A stretch of 64,000 nt of DNA from a virus (Duplodnaviria; Caudoviricetes). The DNA lies in IMG/VR virus record IMGVR_UViG_3300026549_000029, positions 64,001 through 128,000 of that record; one strand, given 5' to 3'. Each line of letters opens with the position of its first letter. Within the stretch, counting starts at the first letter, position 1. The translations under genes and the position numbers were made by a program. The notes beneath the pieces were generated by a model. It ran no database searches, was not told the DNA's origin, and saw only the letters and a program-made list of their open reading frames with translations. Positions 39,280 to 49,779 of the stretch are shown here, piece after piece.

Positions 39280-40914
39280 ATGAAAACTATAGATGACTAT
39301 AAAATGATATTACATAATTCTGCAATAGTTATAAATAATTGTAATTGGGAAGATTATCCTACATTAACTAATAAATTCTCTAACTGGGATCCATTAAGAT
39401 TTAAAAAAGAATATATTGGAATTTATTATGATAAACAGACTAGAAGATTATTTCTTCCCAGAGGAATAGATGTAGATTATGTAAAAAGAAAAATTTCTTC
39501 TAATATAAATATAGAAGATTTTACTTCTACAGTAATACATAATCACGATTTTGCTTATAATAAAAAACCTATTAAATTAAAAGTACCACCTAGAGATGAT
39601 ATACAAATAGAAGCATTAAATTTTGTATTATGTAAAGATAAATATTTAAAAAATTCTGGTAGATCACAATTTGCATTAAATCTATTTACTGGTAAAGGAA
39701 AAACATTTGTAATATCTGCAGCAATAAGTTACTTAGGAATTAGAACTATAGTAATTACTGCTCAGACTGGTATACTTGATCAATGGATAGAAAGAGTAAA
39801 AGAATATACTACTATAGATGATTCTGATATTGTAAAAATAGAGGGTGGTCCAATGATTACAAGAATACTGGAAAATAAAAGTACAGTATTAGACAAATCA
39901 TTGTATTTATGTACACATTCTACTTTACAAAGTTACGCTTCTACTCATGGATGGGATTCTATTGGTAAATTGTTTAAAACTTTAAAAATTGGTATTAAAG
40001 TATTTGATGAAGCTCATCAAAATTTTCTTAATATGAGCTTAATAGATTTTGCTGCTAGAGATGTATGGAGAACTTATTATGTTACAGCAACTCCATCTAG
40101 ATCAGATAGTACAGAAAATAAGATTTATAAATTATATATGAAAAATGTACCATCTATAGATTTATTTAATCCTGATGTAGATGCACATACTAAATATATT
40201 TCTATAAAGTATAATTCTTATCCTAAACCATCTGATATTACTAAATGTAAAACTTCAGTGTATGGAATAAGTAATCCTTTATATATTGATTATTTAATGA
40301 GAAATGAAAGATTCTGGATAATGTTTGATTATATATTTTCATTAATATATAAATCTGGAGGAAGAGCATTATTTTATATAGGAACAAATTCTGCAATATT
40401 AAAAGTAAAACAGAGAATATTATTTAATTATCCAGAATTGGAATATGATATAGGGATATATACATCTATAAGTGAAAATAAACAAGAAGAAAAGAATAAA
40501 AAATATATCCTTACTACAACTAAATCAGCAGGCGCTGGTGAAGATATTCCTCATTTAAAATATTCTGTAGTATTAGCAGAACCTTTTAAATCAGAAGTAT
40601 TAGCTAGACAGACTTTAGGAAGAACTAGAGATGATAATACTATATATATAGAACTTGTAGATGTAGGATTTAAACAATTAATATCCTATTATAATTCTAA
40701 AAAATCTGTATTTAATAAGTATGCATCTGAATGTAAAAATATGAATATTGATAATTTGACTTTATATAACTTACAAGAGGAGACTAAAATACATATTAAA
40801 AATAGATTTAAAGAAGTAATAGAAATAAATGCAGTAGGTCCTAGAGAAGCTATAATATTTACTAAAGAAAAATTAATGCCTGTTGTTATATTTAGTACAC
40901 AAATGAATGATTAA
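39280..40914 (+). CDS. SF2 DEAH helicase
   Basis: TGKGKT, DEAH, TAT, GAGEDIP, QTLGRTR. Position after beta'C matches the gene order in phiKZ-like phages. Confidence 0.9.
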   Translation: MKTIDDYKMILHNSAIVINNCNWEDYPTLTNKFSNWDPLRFKKEYIGIYYDKQTRRLFLPRGIDVDYVKRKISSNINIEDFTSTVIHNHDFAYNKKPIKLKVPPRDDIQIEALNFVLCKDKYLKNSGRSQFALNLFTGKGKTFVISAAISYLGIRTIVITAQTGILDQWIERVKEYTTIDDSDIVKIEGGPMITRILENKSTVLDKSLYLCTHSTLQSYASTHGWDSIGKLFKTLKIGIKVFDEAHQNFLNMSLIDFAARDVWRTYYVTATPSRSDSTENKIYKLYMKNVPSIDLFNPDVDAHTKYISIKYNSYPKPSDITKCKTSVYGISNPLYIDYLMRNERFWIMFDYIFSLIYKSGGRALFYIGTNSAILKVKQRILFNYPELEYDIGIYTSISENKQEEKNKKYILTTTKSAGAGEDIPHLKYSVVLAEPFKSEVLARQTLGRTRDDNTIYIELVDVGFKQLISYYNSKKSVFNKYASECKNMNIDNLTLYNLQEETKIHIKNRFKEVIEINAVGPREAIIFTKEKLMPVVIFSTQMND

Positions 40915-41050
40915 TAAGTTAGAAGGGTTAAATCCCTTCTGACTTATTTTTTTATTTTTATAATGAGATATTATTATTATGAGTAAGCAAAAGAAAGGAC
41001 TGTTTACTTATATAAATTGTATTTTTAAAAAAGGAGGAATAGTAATAAAA

Positions 41051-42814
41051 ATGAAAATCAAATTTGTAAAAGCAATTAAAGGTACCGGTAATAAGGTACA
41101 TAACCTTGAGAAAATAATTAATGGAAATTCTTCAGGAGAAATAAATTCTTCTAATGAATTTCCAAAGTATGCTGATGGACTTATTATAAGATTTGGTTAT
41201 AGAGATCCTAATGTGGTAAGTGAATATTATAATAAACTTATTTCTGGAGAATTTAAAGATGATAAATATTTTACCAAGGATGATGGTAGAGTATATTATC
41301 TTGTAAAGAAATTATTTAAAGGGAAGACAGATAAAGCTACTCTTCTCAATATATCTAGTTTCTTCAATATAACAAATAAACAGATTTATGGTGATGTAGA
41401 TGGATTTATAGATAAAGCAAAATCAAAATCTATTAAAACTGCTTATAACAAAGGATCAAAAGTAGGAAAAAAGAATCCTTTAAAAGAAGCAGCCTGGATT
41501 GTTGTTCATTCTTATCTCATTGATAAATTCATGTCTGAAAATTATCAGAATAGAATAATTCCAAAGAAACCCGAATTAGTTCCTCTTTGGAATCATTATA
41601 TTGAGATGATGAATGATGTACCCGAACTTGTTAAGAAATATTATTATCTTAATGAGAAATGTGAATCTATATTTACAACTCATTTTAAAGATAATGATAT
41701 TGAATCTAAGACAACAGGTAAAGCTGAAGAATTTGATGTTGATGCTGTATTTGAAGAAGATAATAAAGGACTTATCATTGATGATCATCCTATGGATGAT
41801 AATGAACCTGGAGCAGTTCCATCTTCTGATGAAGTTCCATTTGAAAAAGCTGTAGTAGATACTGCAAATACTATCATAGATAAAGTAGTAGATGCAGCAA
41901 AAGAGTTAAAAGAAGCTATTAATAATACATCAGATGATAAAAAAGATAATAATATCATTGATACAAAATTTGAACTGATCAATATTCCTGAAAAGAAAGA
42001 TAAAAAGGAAATTAATGAAAAGAAAGATTCTTCTAATGAGAAGAAAGAAGAATATCCTAAAATAACTGTTAAAAGACCAGATGAACCTGATCAGAATATC
42101 AGAATAAATAATGAATCAAGTGAAGCAAATGTCAGAAACTTATATAAGTTTACTGATTTTTGTAGAAAACTGGGATATTCTGTTATTTATTCAAATAATC
42201 AGTATTATCCTATGTTAGTACAGGCTTTTGTCTTTAATAGGAGTAACTCTGATAAAGATCGTCGATATATAATGATTGATCCATGTGTAGTGTATGGAGA
42301 TACATTAAGAATTATCCATATATCTGACAATCATTCTGGTATCAGAAATGGTTGTTTTGTGGCCATTTCACAGAAACAGTTAGTGGAAAAAATCATTAAA
42401 GGAACTTTCACAAAGGAGGACAGAAAAGCAAATAATGATCAGCTTCCTAAAGTTCTAAGCGACTATAAAGATAAGTACTATTTTATAGATCGCATTGATT
42501 TAAGGAATCTACAGTCAATAACTTATAACAAAGAAACCAAAAGGTCTATTAGCTTCAGAGACTGGAAAGGTTTCATAGTAAATGTGTCAAATATCTTTAA
42601 AAATCCAGATATTCCTGTTTGTAGATTTAGAATAACTAATTTTAAGGATATTGCACATTTCAAACTTATCTGTGATGATAAGGTTCAGATCTATTATAGA
42701 TCCAACCTTCCTAATGAGGAATCACAGATCAAAGCTATGGCTTCTAAGTTCTGGATATCTTATGATGCAGATAACCAAGATTTCCAGTATATATACGGAG
42801 TCATGTCTGAATAA
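41051..42814 (+). CDS. hypothetical protein
   Basis: Better start ATG41051 after AAGGAGG; near-consensus early motif at 40969. Confidence 0.85.
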   Translation: MKIKFVKAIKGTGNKVHNLEKIINGNSSGEINSSNEFPKYADGLIIRFGYRDPNVVSEYYNKLISGEFKDDKYFTKDDGRVYYLVKKLFKGKTDKATLLNISSFFNITNKQIYGDVDGFIDKAKSKSIKTAYNKGSKVGKKNPLKEAAWIVVHSYLIDKFMSENYQNRIIPKKPELVPLWNHYIEMMNDVPELVKKYYYLNEKCESIFTTHFKDNDIESKTTGKAEEFDVDAVFEEDNKGLIIDDHPMDDNEPGAVPSSDEVPFEKAVVDTANTIIDKVVDAAKELKEAINNTSDDKKDNNIIDTKFELINIPEKKDKKEINEKKDSSNEKKEEYPKITVKRPDEPDQNIRINNESSEANVRNLYKFTDFCRKLGYSVIYSNNQYYPMLVQAFVFNRSNSDKDRRYIMIDPCVVYGDTLRIIHISDNHSGIRNGCFVAISQKQLVEKIIKGTFTKEDRKANNDQLPKVLSDYKDKYYFIDRIDLRNLQSITYNKETKRSISFRDWKGFIVNVSNIFKNPDIPVCRFRITNFKDIAHFKLICDDKVQIYYRSNLPNEESQIKAMASKFWISYDADNQDFQYIYGVMSE

Positions 42815-42932
42815 TACTGTTATAAAAATAAGAGAGGTTAACTTAACCTCTCTTATTTTTTTGATTTTTATATTCTTTAATACCTTTCATTAATATTATA
42901 TTTTATTTTTATATAGGGAGAATTTGATAAAA

Positions 42933-43724
42933 ATGAGTGAAGCTAGAGCAGCTATATTATTTCAATATGAAAGATTAATTGATACTATTATAGATTTTTA
43001 CAATGGAGTAACTTTGAAATTAGTAGTAGACTTAGGATTTAAAGATAAAGATAATAATAAAAAAAGAATATATGAAGAGTTTAGATATAACTCTAGTAAA
43101 TATAAAAATGAATCTTCTCTTATAACAGCTAAAAGAAATTTCACATATTATCTTAGAATAGATTACCCTTCTAATAGTTCCCTTGGATATAAATTAGAAA
43201 ATATAATTATACCTGTATATGCAATATTAGGTTTAAGAGATAAAGTAAAAGAATTTGATAATATTTTATTTAATCCTTATTATTTAAAGCCTGATAATAC
43301 TCTACAAATTGTCTCTAATGAAATAATTACAGTTACATCTAGACCAATGAAGAATTCTACTATAGAATTTAGTCATTCTTTATATGAAGGAAAAGATAAA
43401 GATGATTTAGATTATGGTGTAAATATTGGACTAAATGAAGAATTTTATTTTACAATAAGATCCATTACAAAATGGAAAGAATTTGTATATATAATCCAAA
43501 CTTGTGATTTATATTTATGGGCCTCTCAATTAGTAGCTCCATATATTACTCAATTAGTAGGAAATTCTATATCTGATACTGGTAGTTATTCTTCTAATAA
43601 AAGATATACTATAGAAACTACTTATGAACCCGAAGATTATATGTATGATAATGATTCTTCAAAAATAATAAAGACTAAACCTCTTGATCAAGAGTCTAAA
43701 ATAAAGAGCTTCTTTGATGATTAA
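42933..43724 (+). CDS. hypothetical protein
   Basis: GGGAG RBS; TTG42924 or ATG42933 start. Confidence 0.8.
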   Translation: MSEARAAILFQYERLIDTIIDFYNGVTLKLVVDLGFKDKDNNKKRIYEEFRYNSSKYKNESSLITAKRNFTYYLRIDYPSNSSLGYKLENIIIPVYAILGLRDKVKEFDNILFNPYYLKPDNTLQIVSNEIITVTSRPMKNSTIEFSHSLYEGKDKDDLDYGVNIGLNEEFYFTIRSITKWKEFVYIIQTCDLYLWASQLVAPYITQLVGNSISDTGSYSSNKRYTIETTYEPEDYMYDNDSSKIIKTKPLDQESKIKSFFDD

Positions 43725-43808
43725 GGGACTTATAAATAATAGACTTTGGGTTTAGCATTTTATTTTTTAAAGATTTTTATTAAGGAGGAGTTTAGAACTT
43801 GTAAAATT

Positions 43809-44318
43809 ATGAAATCAACAGATTTAATTTGTTTAGAAACTTGTATGAAATCATATAAATCACGATTAAGAAATAATAATATTGATCTACATATGGTACT
43901 TTATTCTTGTAATCATTGTTTTGAATATAACCCTAACACAAAAGAAATTAGACCTTTTAATTCTTTATTTTGGTATAATTTAGATAAAGGTCCTAATGAA
44001 AATAAATATTCCAATATATTAGAATATTTGAAAAAGAAACATGAAGAAATAAGAAATAGTTATCCATATTATAATGAAATAAATTATCCAATTGGTATTG
44101 TATTAGAAAATACTTTAGCTGTAGATATGGATAAATTAGTAGAAGATATTATTCCTAAAGAAAATATTAAAAATTCTAAGGATATTATAGATGAATGTAA
44201 TAATATGATTACATTTTTAAAAGAAATGTATCAAAATTGGAAAGATATAATGTTATTTGTATTAAATAACTATAAGGATATTGATAAAGTTATTATAAAT
44301 AAATTTTGGGGAGAATAA
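43809..44318 (+). CDS. hypothetical protein
   Basis: AAGGAGGAG upstream; start uncertain. Confidence 0.7.
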   Translation: MKSTDLICLETCMKSYKSRLRNNNIDLHMVLYSCNHCFEYNPNTKEIRPFNSLFWYNLDKGPNENKYSNILEYLKKKHEEIRNSYPYYNEINYPIGIVLENTLAVDMDKLVEDIIPKENIKNSKDIIDECNNMITFLKEMYQNWKDIMLFVLNNYKDIDKVIINKFWGE

Positions 44319-44320
44319 AG

Positions 44321-44827
44321 ATGAATATTCAATTAAAGAATATCCAAAAATCTATAGATGATTTTAAAGAAAAAAATCCTAATGAATCTGTAGGTGAACT
44401 TAATGATACTTATCATTCATTCAATGACTTATATAAACATAGAACAATTCTATCTGCATTATTATTTTTAAATCTTCCATATTCTTGGAAAGCTAAAGTA
44501 CATGAAGATGGAACAATGTTTGATGGTATGTTTATTACAGGATTTCCTACTCCTACGGGAATGATTTCTTATCATTATGATTTAGAATATTGGGATATGT
44601 TTAAAATTCCTGAATTGCCAAAAGCACCACATTTTGATGGATATACTGATCAAGATGTTTTAACAAGACTTGCAAATATTATTAGACACTCTTCTACTAA
44701 ATTATTTAATATTGATGATATTAATAAAATTGAAGAAATAGTAAAAACACAAATATTACCTACATTTGGAGATGATATTATAAGCCAAGCTGCTTATATA
44801 TCATTTTTTGATAGGAATAAGAGTTAA
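44321..44827 (+). CDS. WDGH-domain-like phage protein
   Basis: HSFNDLYKHR...SWKAKVHEDG...ISYH...WD.F...AP.FDGYT..DVL.RL. Confidence 0.7.
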   Translation: MNIQLKNIQKSIDDFKEKNPNESVGELNDTYHSFNDLYKHRTILSALLFLNLPYSWKAKVHEDGTMFDGMFITGFPTPTGMISYHYDLEYWDMFKIPELPKAPHFDGYTDQDVLTRLANIIRHSSTKLFNIDDINKIEEIVKTQILPTFGDDIISQAAYISFFDRNKS

Positions 44828-44876
44828 TAAGACCTCCAAAACATCATTATAATTTAATAAAGTGGAGGTCCTTATA

Positions 44877-46169
44877 GTGGGCTTAATTAATACTACACAT
44901 AAGACTATGACCCAGTCTGTAATAGATCTTCAAAAAGATCTATTAAAAAACCCATTTTATTTATTTAATGATAAAAAAGGAACACCTGTAGATTATTATA
45001 ATATAAATACTACAAGAACAACATTAGACCCATCTTTAAAAATGACATATGCTGAACATGGTCCAGAGTCTTCTTTAAGATTTAATCTTATACATAATTT
45101 TTATTTATATGGTATTGACAGAATTGCTACTACATTAGAGAATGGTGATTATGGCTTAGCAGCTTCTGAAATTACTGGAGATGCTGTTATATTACCTGAT
45201 ACTATTCATCCTTATGTTGGAGATAATTTTGTTATAAATATGATTAATCAAAGATATCAGTTTAAAGTAACTTCTGTTACTACTGATACTTTTGAAAACG
45301 GTGGAAATTATTTTAGAATAGAATATAGACTTGATCATTTAAGTGATCATGAATTATATGAATTAGTGGTTGAAGAATTTGAATTCATCTCTGGTAATAT
45401 TGGGACTAATTATGCTTCAGTATTACATAAAACAAAATATAATCTTGGTAAGCAGTTAGATGATGCTGCTGTGAATATGAAAAAATTATTCAAGGGATTA
45501 TATTATAATAATAAAGTTCAGACATATACTTTTGTATATTTATATAAGGTATGTCAATGGAATATGAACTCTGATTATTTCTATGATCCCTATATGATGG
45601 AATTTATAATTAAGCATAAACTATTAGAAAACAGTAGTGCTAATTATGATTTTGTTGATCATAAAACAGTATTAAGACCAGAGTTTGATATTAAATATAA
45701 TAGATCTATTTGGAAAGTATTTGAAACTAGAGAAAAATATGAATTAACTTCATGTAAACATTCTTCATCTGCTGTATATATAGATGATCCAGGTACGATA
45801 TTTGGTACAAGATATGAAGATTATTTTGAATTAAATTATAATGATCCAGATCCTGTATCAGAAATGTTTGCTCCTGCTATTGATATTCTTGATCCTCAAG
45901 TTATTGGGCATATATTAGAAAATCAGTTATTCGATCAAGATACAAAATATACAAAATACAATATGATTATTAAATACTTTAATCATACTGATCTTGGTGT
46001 AGAAGATATTATTCCTATTGAGAGAATAACTGAAACTGAAAATAATACAGAAAATTATTTTCTTATTCCTATGCTTATATTTGTTCTTGAATTTTATATT
46101 AAAGATTTAATGAGCAGAATAGAAGTTAAAGAGGAACTTCATAATAATATTCCTAGGAGGATCGTATAA
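44877..46169 (+). CDS. Probable virion structural protein
   Basis: GTG44877 after GGAGG; late motif at 44840; heads a structural-looking operon. Confidence 0.75.
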   Translation: MGLINTTHKTMTQSVIDLQKDLLKNPFYLFNDKKGTPVDYYNINTTRTTLDPSLKMTYAEHGPESSLRFNLIHNFYLYGIDRIATTLENGDYGLAASEITGDAVILPDTIHPYVGDNFVINMINQRYQFKVTSVTTDTFENGGNYFRIEYRLDHLSDHELYELVVEEFEFISGNIGTNYASVLHKTKYNLGKQLDDAAVNMKKLFKGLYYNNKVQTYTFVYLYKVCQWNMNSDYFYDPYMMEFIIKHKLLENSSANYDFVDHKTVLRPEFDIKYNRSIWKVFETREKYELTSCKHSSSAVYIDDPGTIFGTRYEDYFELNYNDPDPVSEMFAPAIDILDPQVIGHILENQLFDQDTKYTKYNMIIKYFNHTDLGVEDIIPIERITETENNTENYFLIPMLIFVLEFYIKDLMSRIEVKEELHNNIPRRIV

Positions 46170-46170
46170 T

Positions 46171-46464
46171 ATGAAGAGTTTAGATACTCTTTTTGAAGAA
46201 GATATCGAAATGCAGGATGCCATAGAAGATATGGATAGTCTTGTAAGTGATGATGAAGACATTCTTATTGGTGTAATCGAAGATAGATTTAAAACAGAAT
46301 CTACTGAAGTTCATTTATTTACTAATGAAGATTATAACTCGCTTAAAGAAGAGATGCAATTAGCTGAAGATGTAGAAGAACTACTTGATGATAAGTATGA
46401 TGAAGTACATCTTAGTGATGAAGATTTAGATGATCTCTTTGATGATGATTTAGAAGATATTTAA
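46171..46464 (+). CDS. Highly acidic small protein
   Basis: D/E-dominated 97 aa; AGGAGG RBS. Confidence 0.85.
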   Translation: MKSLDTLFEEDIEMQDAIEDMDSLVSDDEDILIGVIEDRFKTESTEVHLFTNEDYNSLKEEMQLAEDVEELLDDKYDEVHLSDEDLDDLFDDDLEDI

Positions 46465-46481
46465 AAGGAGGAATAGAGAGA

Positions 46482-46808
46482 ATGTATAAGACTATTCCTG
46501 AATATGATATTGATGTATCTACTATCTTTGAAGATGCTATTGATATTGCTTTAGCTTCAGATGATTCTATTGATGATATTGAAGTTGAAGAGAATGAATC
46601 TGAAGATGATATTGTAGATACCGATATTAGTTATGAAGATGATGATATTGATAATTCTCTTGAAGGGGTTGATGCAGATGATATTATAGCTGCTGAAAGA
46701 GATATTGCATTTAATCCTTTTGAAGATGATGAAGTCATTGATGCTGCTATTGGAGATGATAAAGATATTGACTTTGATGTAGATGTCAATGAACTTGTTG
46801 ATGATTAA
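46482..46808 (+). CDS. Highly acidic small protein
   Basis: D/E-dominated 108 aa; AAGGAGG RBS. Confidence 0.85.
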   Translation: MYKTIPEYDIDVSTIFEDAIDIALASDDSIDDIEVEENESEDDIVDTDISYEDDDIDNSLEGVDADDIIAAERDIAFNPFEDDEVIDAAIGDDKDIDFDVDVNELVDD

Positions 46809-46855
46809 AATATTTAAATTTAAGATTTTAAATATAAAAAAGGAGTTTAATTATC

Positions 46856-47509
46856 ATGGCTGAAAAGATTTATATTGCAGTTAAGCCGAAGTATCCTACT
46901 AGAAAGGCTGTTGATAGGGTTCTTACTAAGAATGCTGATAATTTTGTAGATATTGCTGAAGCTAATGTTGCAAGACAGGTTATTGCTATTCTTGATACTG
47001 CATTTGTTGCTATTGTTAAGGAAGATAAGTATTATCCTGTTGATGAAACTAATGTTTATGAGCAGTATGATCTTATCGCTGCTGGCGAAGAGCCTACTGT
47101 TGAAGCTGATATTAACTTTGGTGTTAAGAAGCTTGAGTATTTCTTCTCTATTCCTGAAGAGGAAGATGCTGAGAACCTTGATAAGGTTCAGGATAAGGTT
47201 CAGATTTATAATGCTATTCTTTCCGGTAAACTGGTGAAGATTGAAGATTATGCTTCTCTTGGTATTGATGCTATTGATAAGAATGGCTATTGGTTTGCTA
47301 TTAAATTTGATAAGTCTGGAGCAACTAATGAGGGCTATACTGAAGTTAAGATGTATGGTGAAGAAGAAGAACTTATTGATGGGGTGAATTATATTTACAT
47401 GGGCAAGTCTCAGGAAGATGTTGCTTCTAAGGTTCTCTCTGTCTCTGCAGAATATACTCCCACTAATGCAGAAGAAGAGAATACTACTGATGAAGGTAAT
47501 AATGGTTAA
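46856..47509 (+). CDS. hypothetical protein (probable virion protein)
   Basis: AAGGAG RBS; AAG/CAG/GCT-rich codon usage. Confidence 0.85.
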   Translation: MAEKIYIAVKPKYPTRKAVDRVLTKNADNFVDIAEANVARQVIAILDTAFVAIVKEDKYYPVDETNVYEQYDLIAAGEEPTVEADINFGVKKLEYFFSIPEEEDAENLDKVQDKVQIYNAILSGKLVKIEDYASLGIDAIDKNGYWFAIKFDKSGATNEGYTEVKMYGEEEELIDGVNYIYMGKSQEDVASKVLSVSAEYTPTNAEEENTTDEGNNG

Positions 47510-47549
47510 TAAAAAATAATATAGATCCTAAAAAAGGAGACCTACTATT

Positions 47550-48632
47550 ATGAATGTAAGTTTTATGTTTGATAACCGTCTTGGAATTAAAGAAGATATT
47601 CTTGTTGGTCAGGAGGATAAAGCTGCTCTTGATCCAATTACTATAGATGGTATTGCTGTTGATTCTTTTGAAGATGCTTTTAAGAGAGTTCAGGATGGTA
47701 GTACTATTACTATTAATAAGAATACTGTAATGAGTAATTATATTCAGACTTATAAACATGATAATGTTACTATTCATCTGAATAATGCTAGCCTTACCTG
47801 TAATCAGCCTATTTATTGCTGGAATAAGACACTTAATATTACTGGTGAAGGTACTATCAAAGCATCTGATATGGATAATGGATATGTTTTCATTATGAGT
47901 AATATTTATGATGATTGGAATCCTATCCTTAATATTGATGGTAAGATTAGAATTATTGGTAATGCTAGTATTTTTACTAATAGCAATACTAAAAATGCTA
48001 CTGTTAATATTGGCAAAGATGTAGTTCTTGATGGATTCTGGTATGGATTTGCTAGTAATGGTACTTCTACTGGAACTAAGTTAAACTTTAATGGTACTGC
48101 AATTACTAGAGCAGATAATGCAGATGAACCTAATGGCATTTATCTTGCTGGTGATGGAGAATATTTCCTTGGTGGAAATACTAAGGTTGAATCTTTCCTT
48201 TCTGTTGAAATTCGTGCTGGTAAACTTACCATTGAAGGTGGAGAATATGTTTCTACTGGTGAAGGAGAAGCTACTCAGAAGAAGAATGGTAATGGTTCTA
48301 CTGGTCAGAACATTTGTATTTCTGTAGCAGAACATAGTACCAAGCTTCCTATTGAAGTTAAGATTCTCGATGGTAAATTCAAAGCTAATGGTGCTGCCTT
48401 CATGGAAGGTGATCCTAATGAAACTGGAGTTGCTACTGAAAATACTACTATTGGTATTTATGGTGGTACTTTCTCTGCTAAGGAAGCTGTTAAGACTCTT
48501 ACCCCTGATACTGATTGCAAGAACTTTATCTATGGTGGTAAATTTAATAATCTTGAGAATGAAGATTATATTGCTAAGGGCTATAAGGCTGAAAAGACTT
48601 ATAATGGCACTGTAGAAGTCGTTGCAGAATAA
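47550..48632 (+). CDS. Beta-helix (pectin-lyase-fold-like) protein
   Basis: G/N/T-rich repeats L.I.GG.(F/Y), VEIRAGKLTIEGGEY, IYGGTF, IYGGKF. Confidence 0.65.
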   Translation: MNVSFMFDNRLGIKEDILVGQEDKAALDPITIDGIAVDSFEDAFKRVQDGSTITINKNTVMSNYIQTYKHDNVTIHLNNASLTCNQPIYCWNKTLNITGEGTIKASDMDNGYVFIMSNIYDDWNPILNIDGKIRIIGNASIFTNSNTKNATVNIGKDVVLDGFWYGFASNGTSTGTKLNFNGTAITRADNADEPNGIYLAGDGEYFLGGNTKVESFLSVEIRAGKLTIEGGEYVSTGEGEATQKKNGNGSTGQNICISVAEHSTKLPIEVKILDGKFKANGAAFMEGDPNETGVATENTTIGIYGGTFSAKEAVKTLTPDTDCKNFIYGGKFNNLENEDYIAKGYKAEKTYNGTVEVVAE

Positions 48633-48756
48633 TCTGTAATTAATAATATATTGAGCTGACTTCATTTTCTCCCATAGAGGGGCTCGACCTCTATGGGAGA
48701 ATTTATCTTAATAACCTTAAGATAAGAATATTATATAAAAAAGAAAGGTATTCAAA

Positions 48757-49404
48757 ATGAGTATTTTTATGAATAGAAAAAATGTTAGAACTAATAAAAG
48801 TAATCTTATGAGATTAATTTCTAGTGGTTCTATTGATAAGAGATCTGTAATAAGAGAAGGTGCTTATATTTTATTTCATGCTGTACCTTATGCTTTTGCT
48901 AAAAGAATTCTTTCTAAATGTGATATTGAAGTAGAGAATAATAATAAGTGGAATTTTATTAGAAATATGGATTATGCTAAATTAGACGAACTCTATAAAG
49001 ATGAGAAAAAAGAAAGCGATCTTATTATTAATAGAGAAGGTAGTATTAGCATAGTATTAAATGATGAAGTTAAAATAGAACCTGAAGTAATTGAAGTTGA
49101 AAAAGTTAAAGAAGAAGCTATTGAAGAAGTAGAACCTGAACATATTGTTGAAGAAGAACCTATTTTTGAACCTGAAGAAGAAGTAATTGAAGAAACTGTT
49201 ATTACAGAATCAAATGCTATTGATATTCCTGAAGAGCCAATTTTAAAAACTTCAGATGAAGAAGAAATTAAATTAGAAGAAATTGAAGAAGAAGAAACTA
49301 TTTCTACAGAAGAAGAGCATAATTCTTCTTATCCAAAAGATATTAATAATTTTACTCTTAATAAACCTCATTTTAAGAAAAAGAAAAAGAAATCTCAGCA
49401 GTAA
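48757..49404 (+). CDS. hypothetical protein with E-rich linker and basic tail
   Basis: 215-aa ORF. Confidence 0.8.
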   Translation: MSIFMNRKNVRTNKSNLMRLISSGSIDKRSVIREGAYILFHAVPYAFAKRILSKCDIEVENNNKWNFIRNMDYAKLDELYKDEKKESDLIINREGSISIVLNDEVKIEPEVIEVEKVKEEAIEEVEPEHIVEEEPIFEPEEEVIEETVITESNAIDIPEEPILKTSDEEEIKLEEIEEEETISTEEEHNSSYPKDINNFTLNKPHFKKKKKKSQQ

Positions 49405-49420
49405 AAATAAATGGTATATA

Positions 49421-49454
49421 ATATTGGGGATAGTAATATTACTATCCCCAATAT
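49421..49454. terminator. Perfect 34-bp palindrome, likely bidirectional terminator
   Basis: ATATTGGGGATAGTAATATTACTATCCCCAATAT between convergent ORFs. Confidence 0.7.
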
Positions 49455-49485
49455 ATTTGTCAATGTGCAATAAATCTTTTAAATC

Positions 49486-49659
49486 TTAATAATCGTCTTC
49501 ATCATCAAGATCATCATCTTCAAGAGTGAATCTTGATTCTATACCACCTCCTCTATCATTAGGCTCTAGACTTTCTCGAAAAAGATCTCTATCATATGTC
49601 TGACCATATGTAGTAGTATCCTCTCCATGATAACAAGAGAAAAATCTAAAGCTGCACAT
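49486..49659 (-). CDS. small hypothetical protein with acidic tail
   Basis: AAGGGG upstream of MCSFRFF. Confidence 0.5.
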   Translation of the reverse strand: MCSFRFFSCYHGEDTTTYGQTYDRDLFRESLEPNDRGGGIESRFTLEDDDLDDEDDY

Positions 49660-49779
49660 AACAAAAATACCCCTTCTATAATATGGTGGAGCAACACTGT
49701 CTCCCATTATTATAATATCTCTTTATAAAAACCGTAATTCCAAAACATCTTTATAATCTTATATAAAAGGAATTTATAT

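Noticed and set aside
41051-42814. Nuclear-shell (chimallin) protein, suggested by size and early expression
   Set aside because: I recognise no sequence similarity; a structure-based search would be needed.
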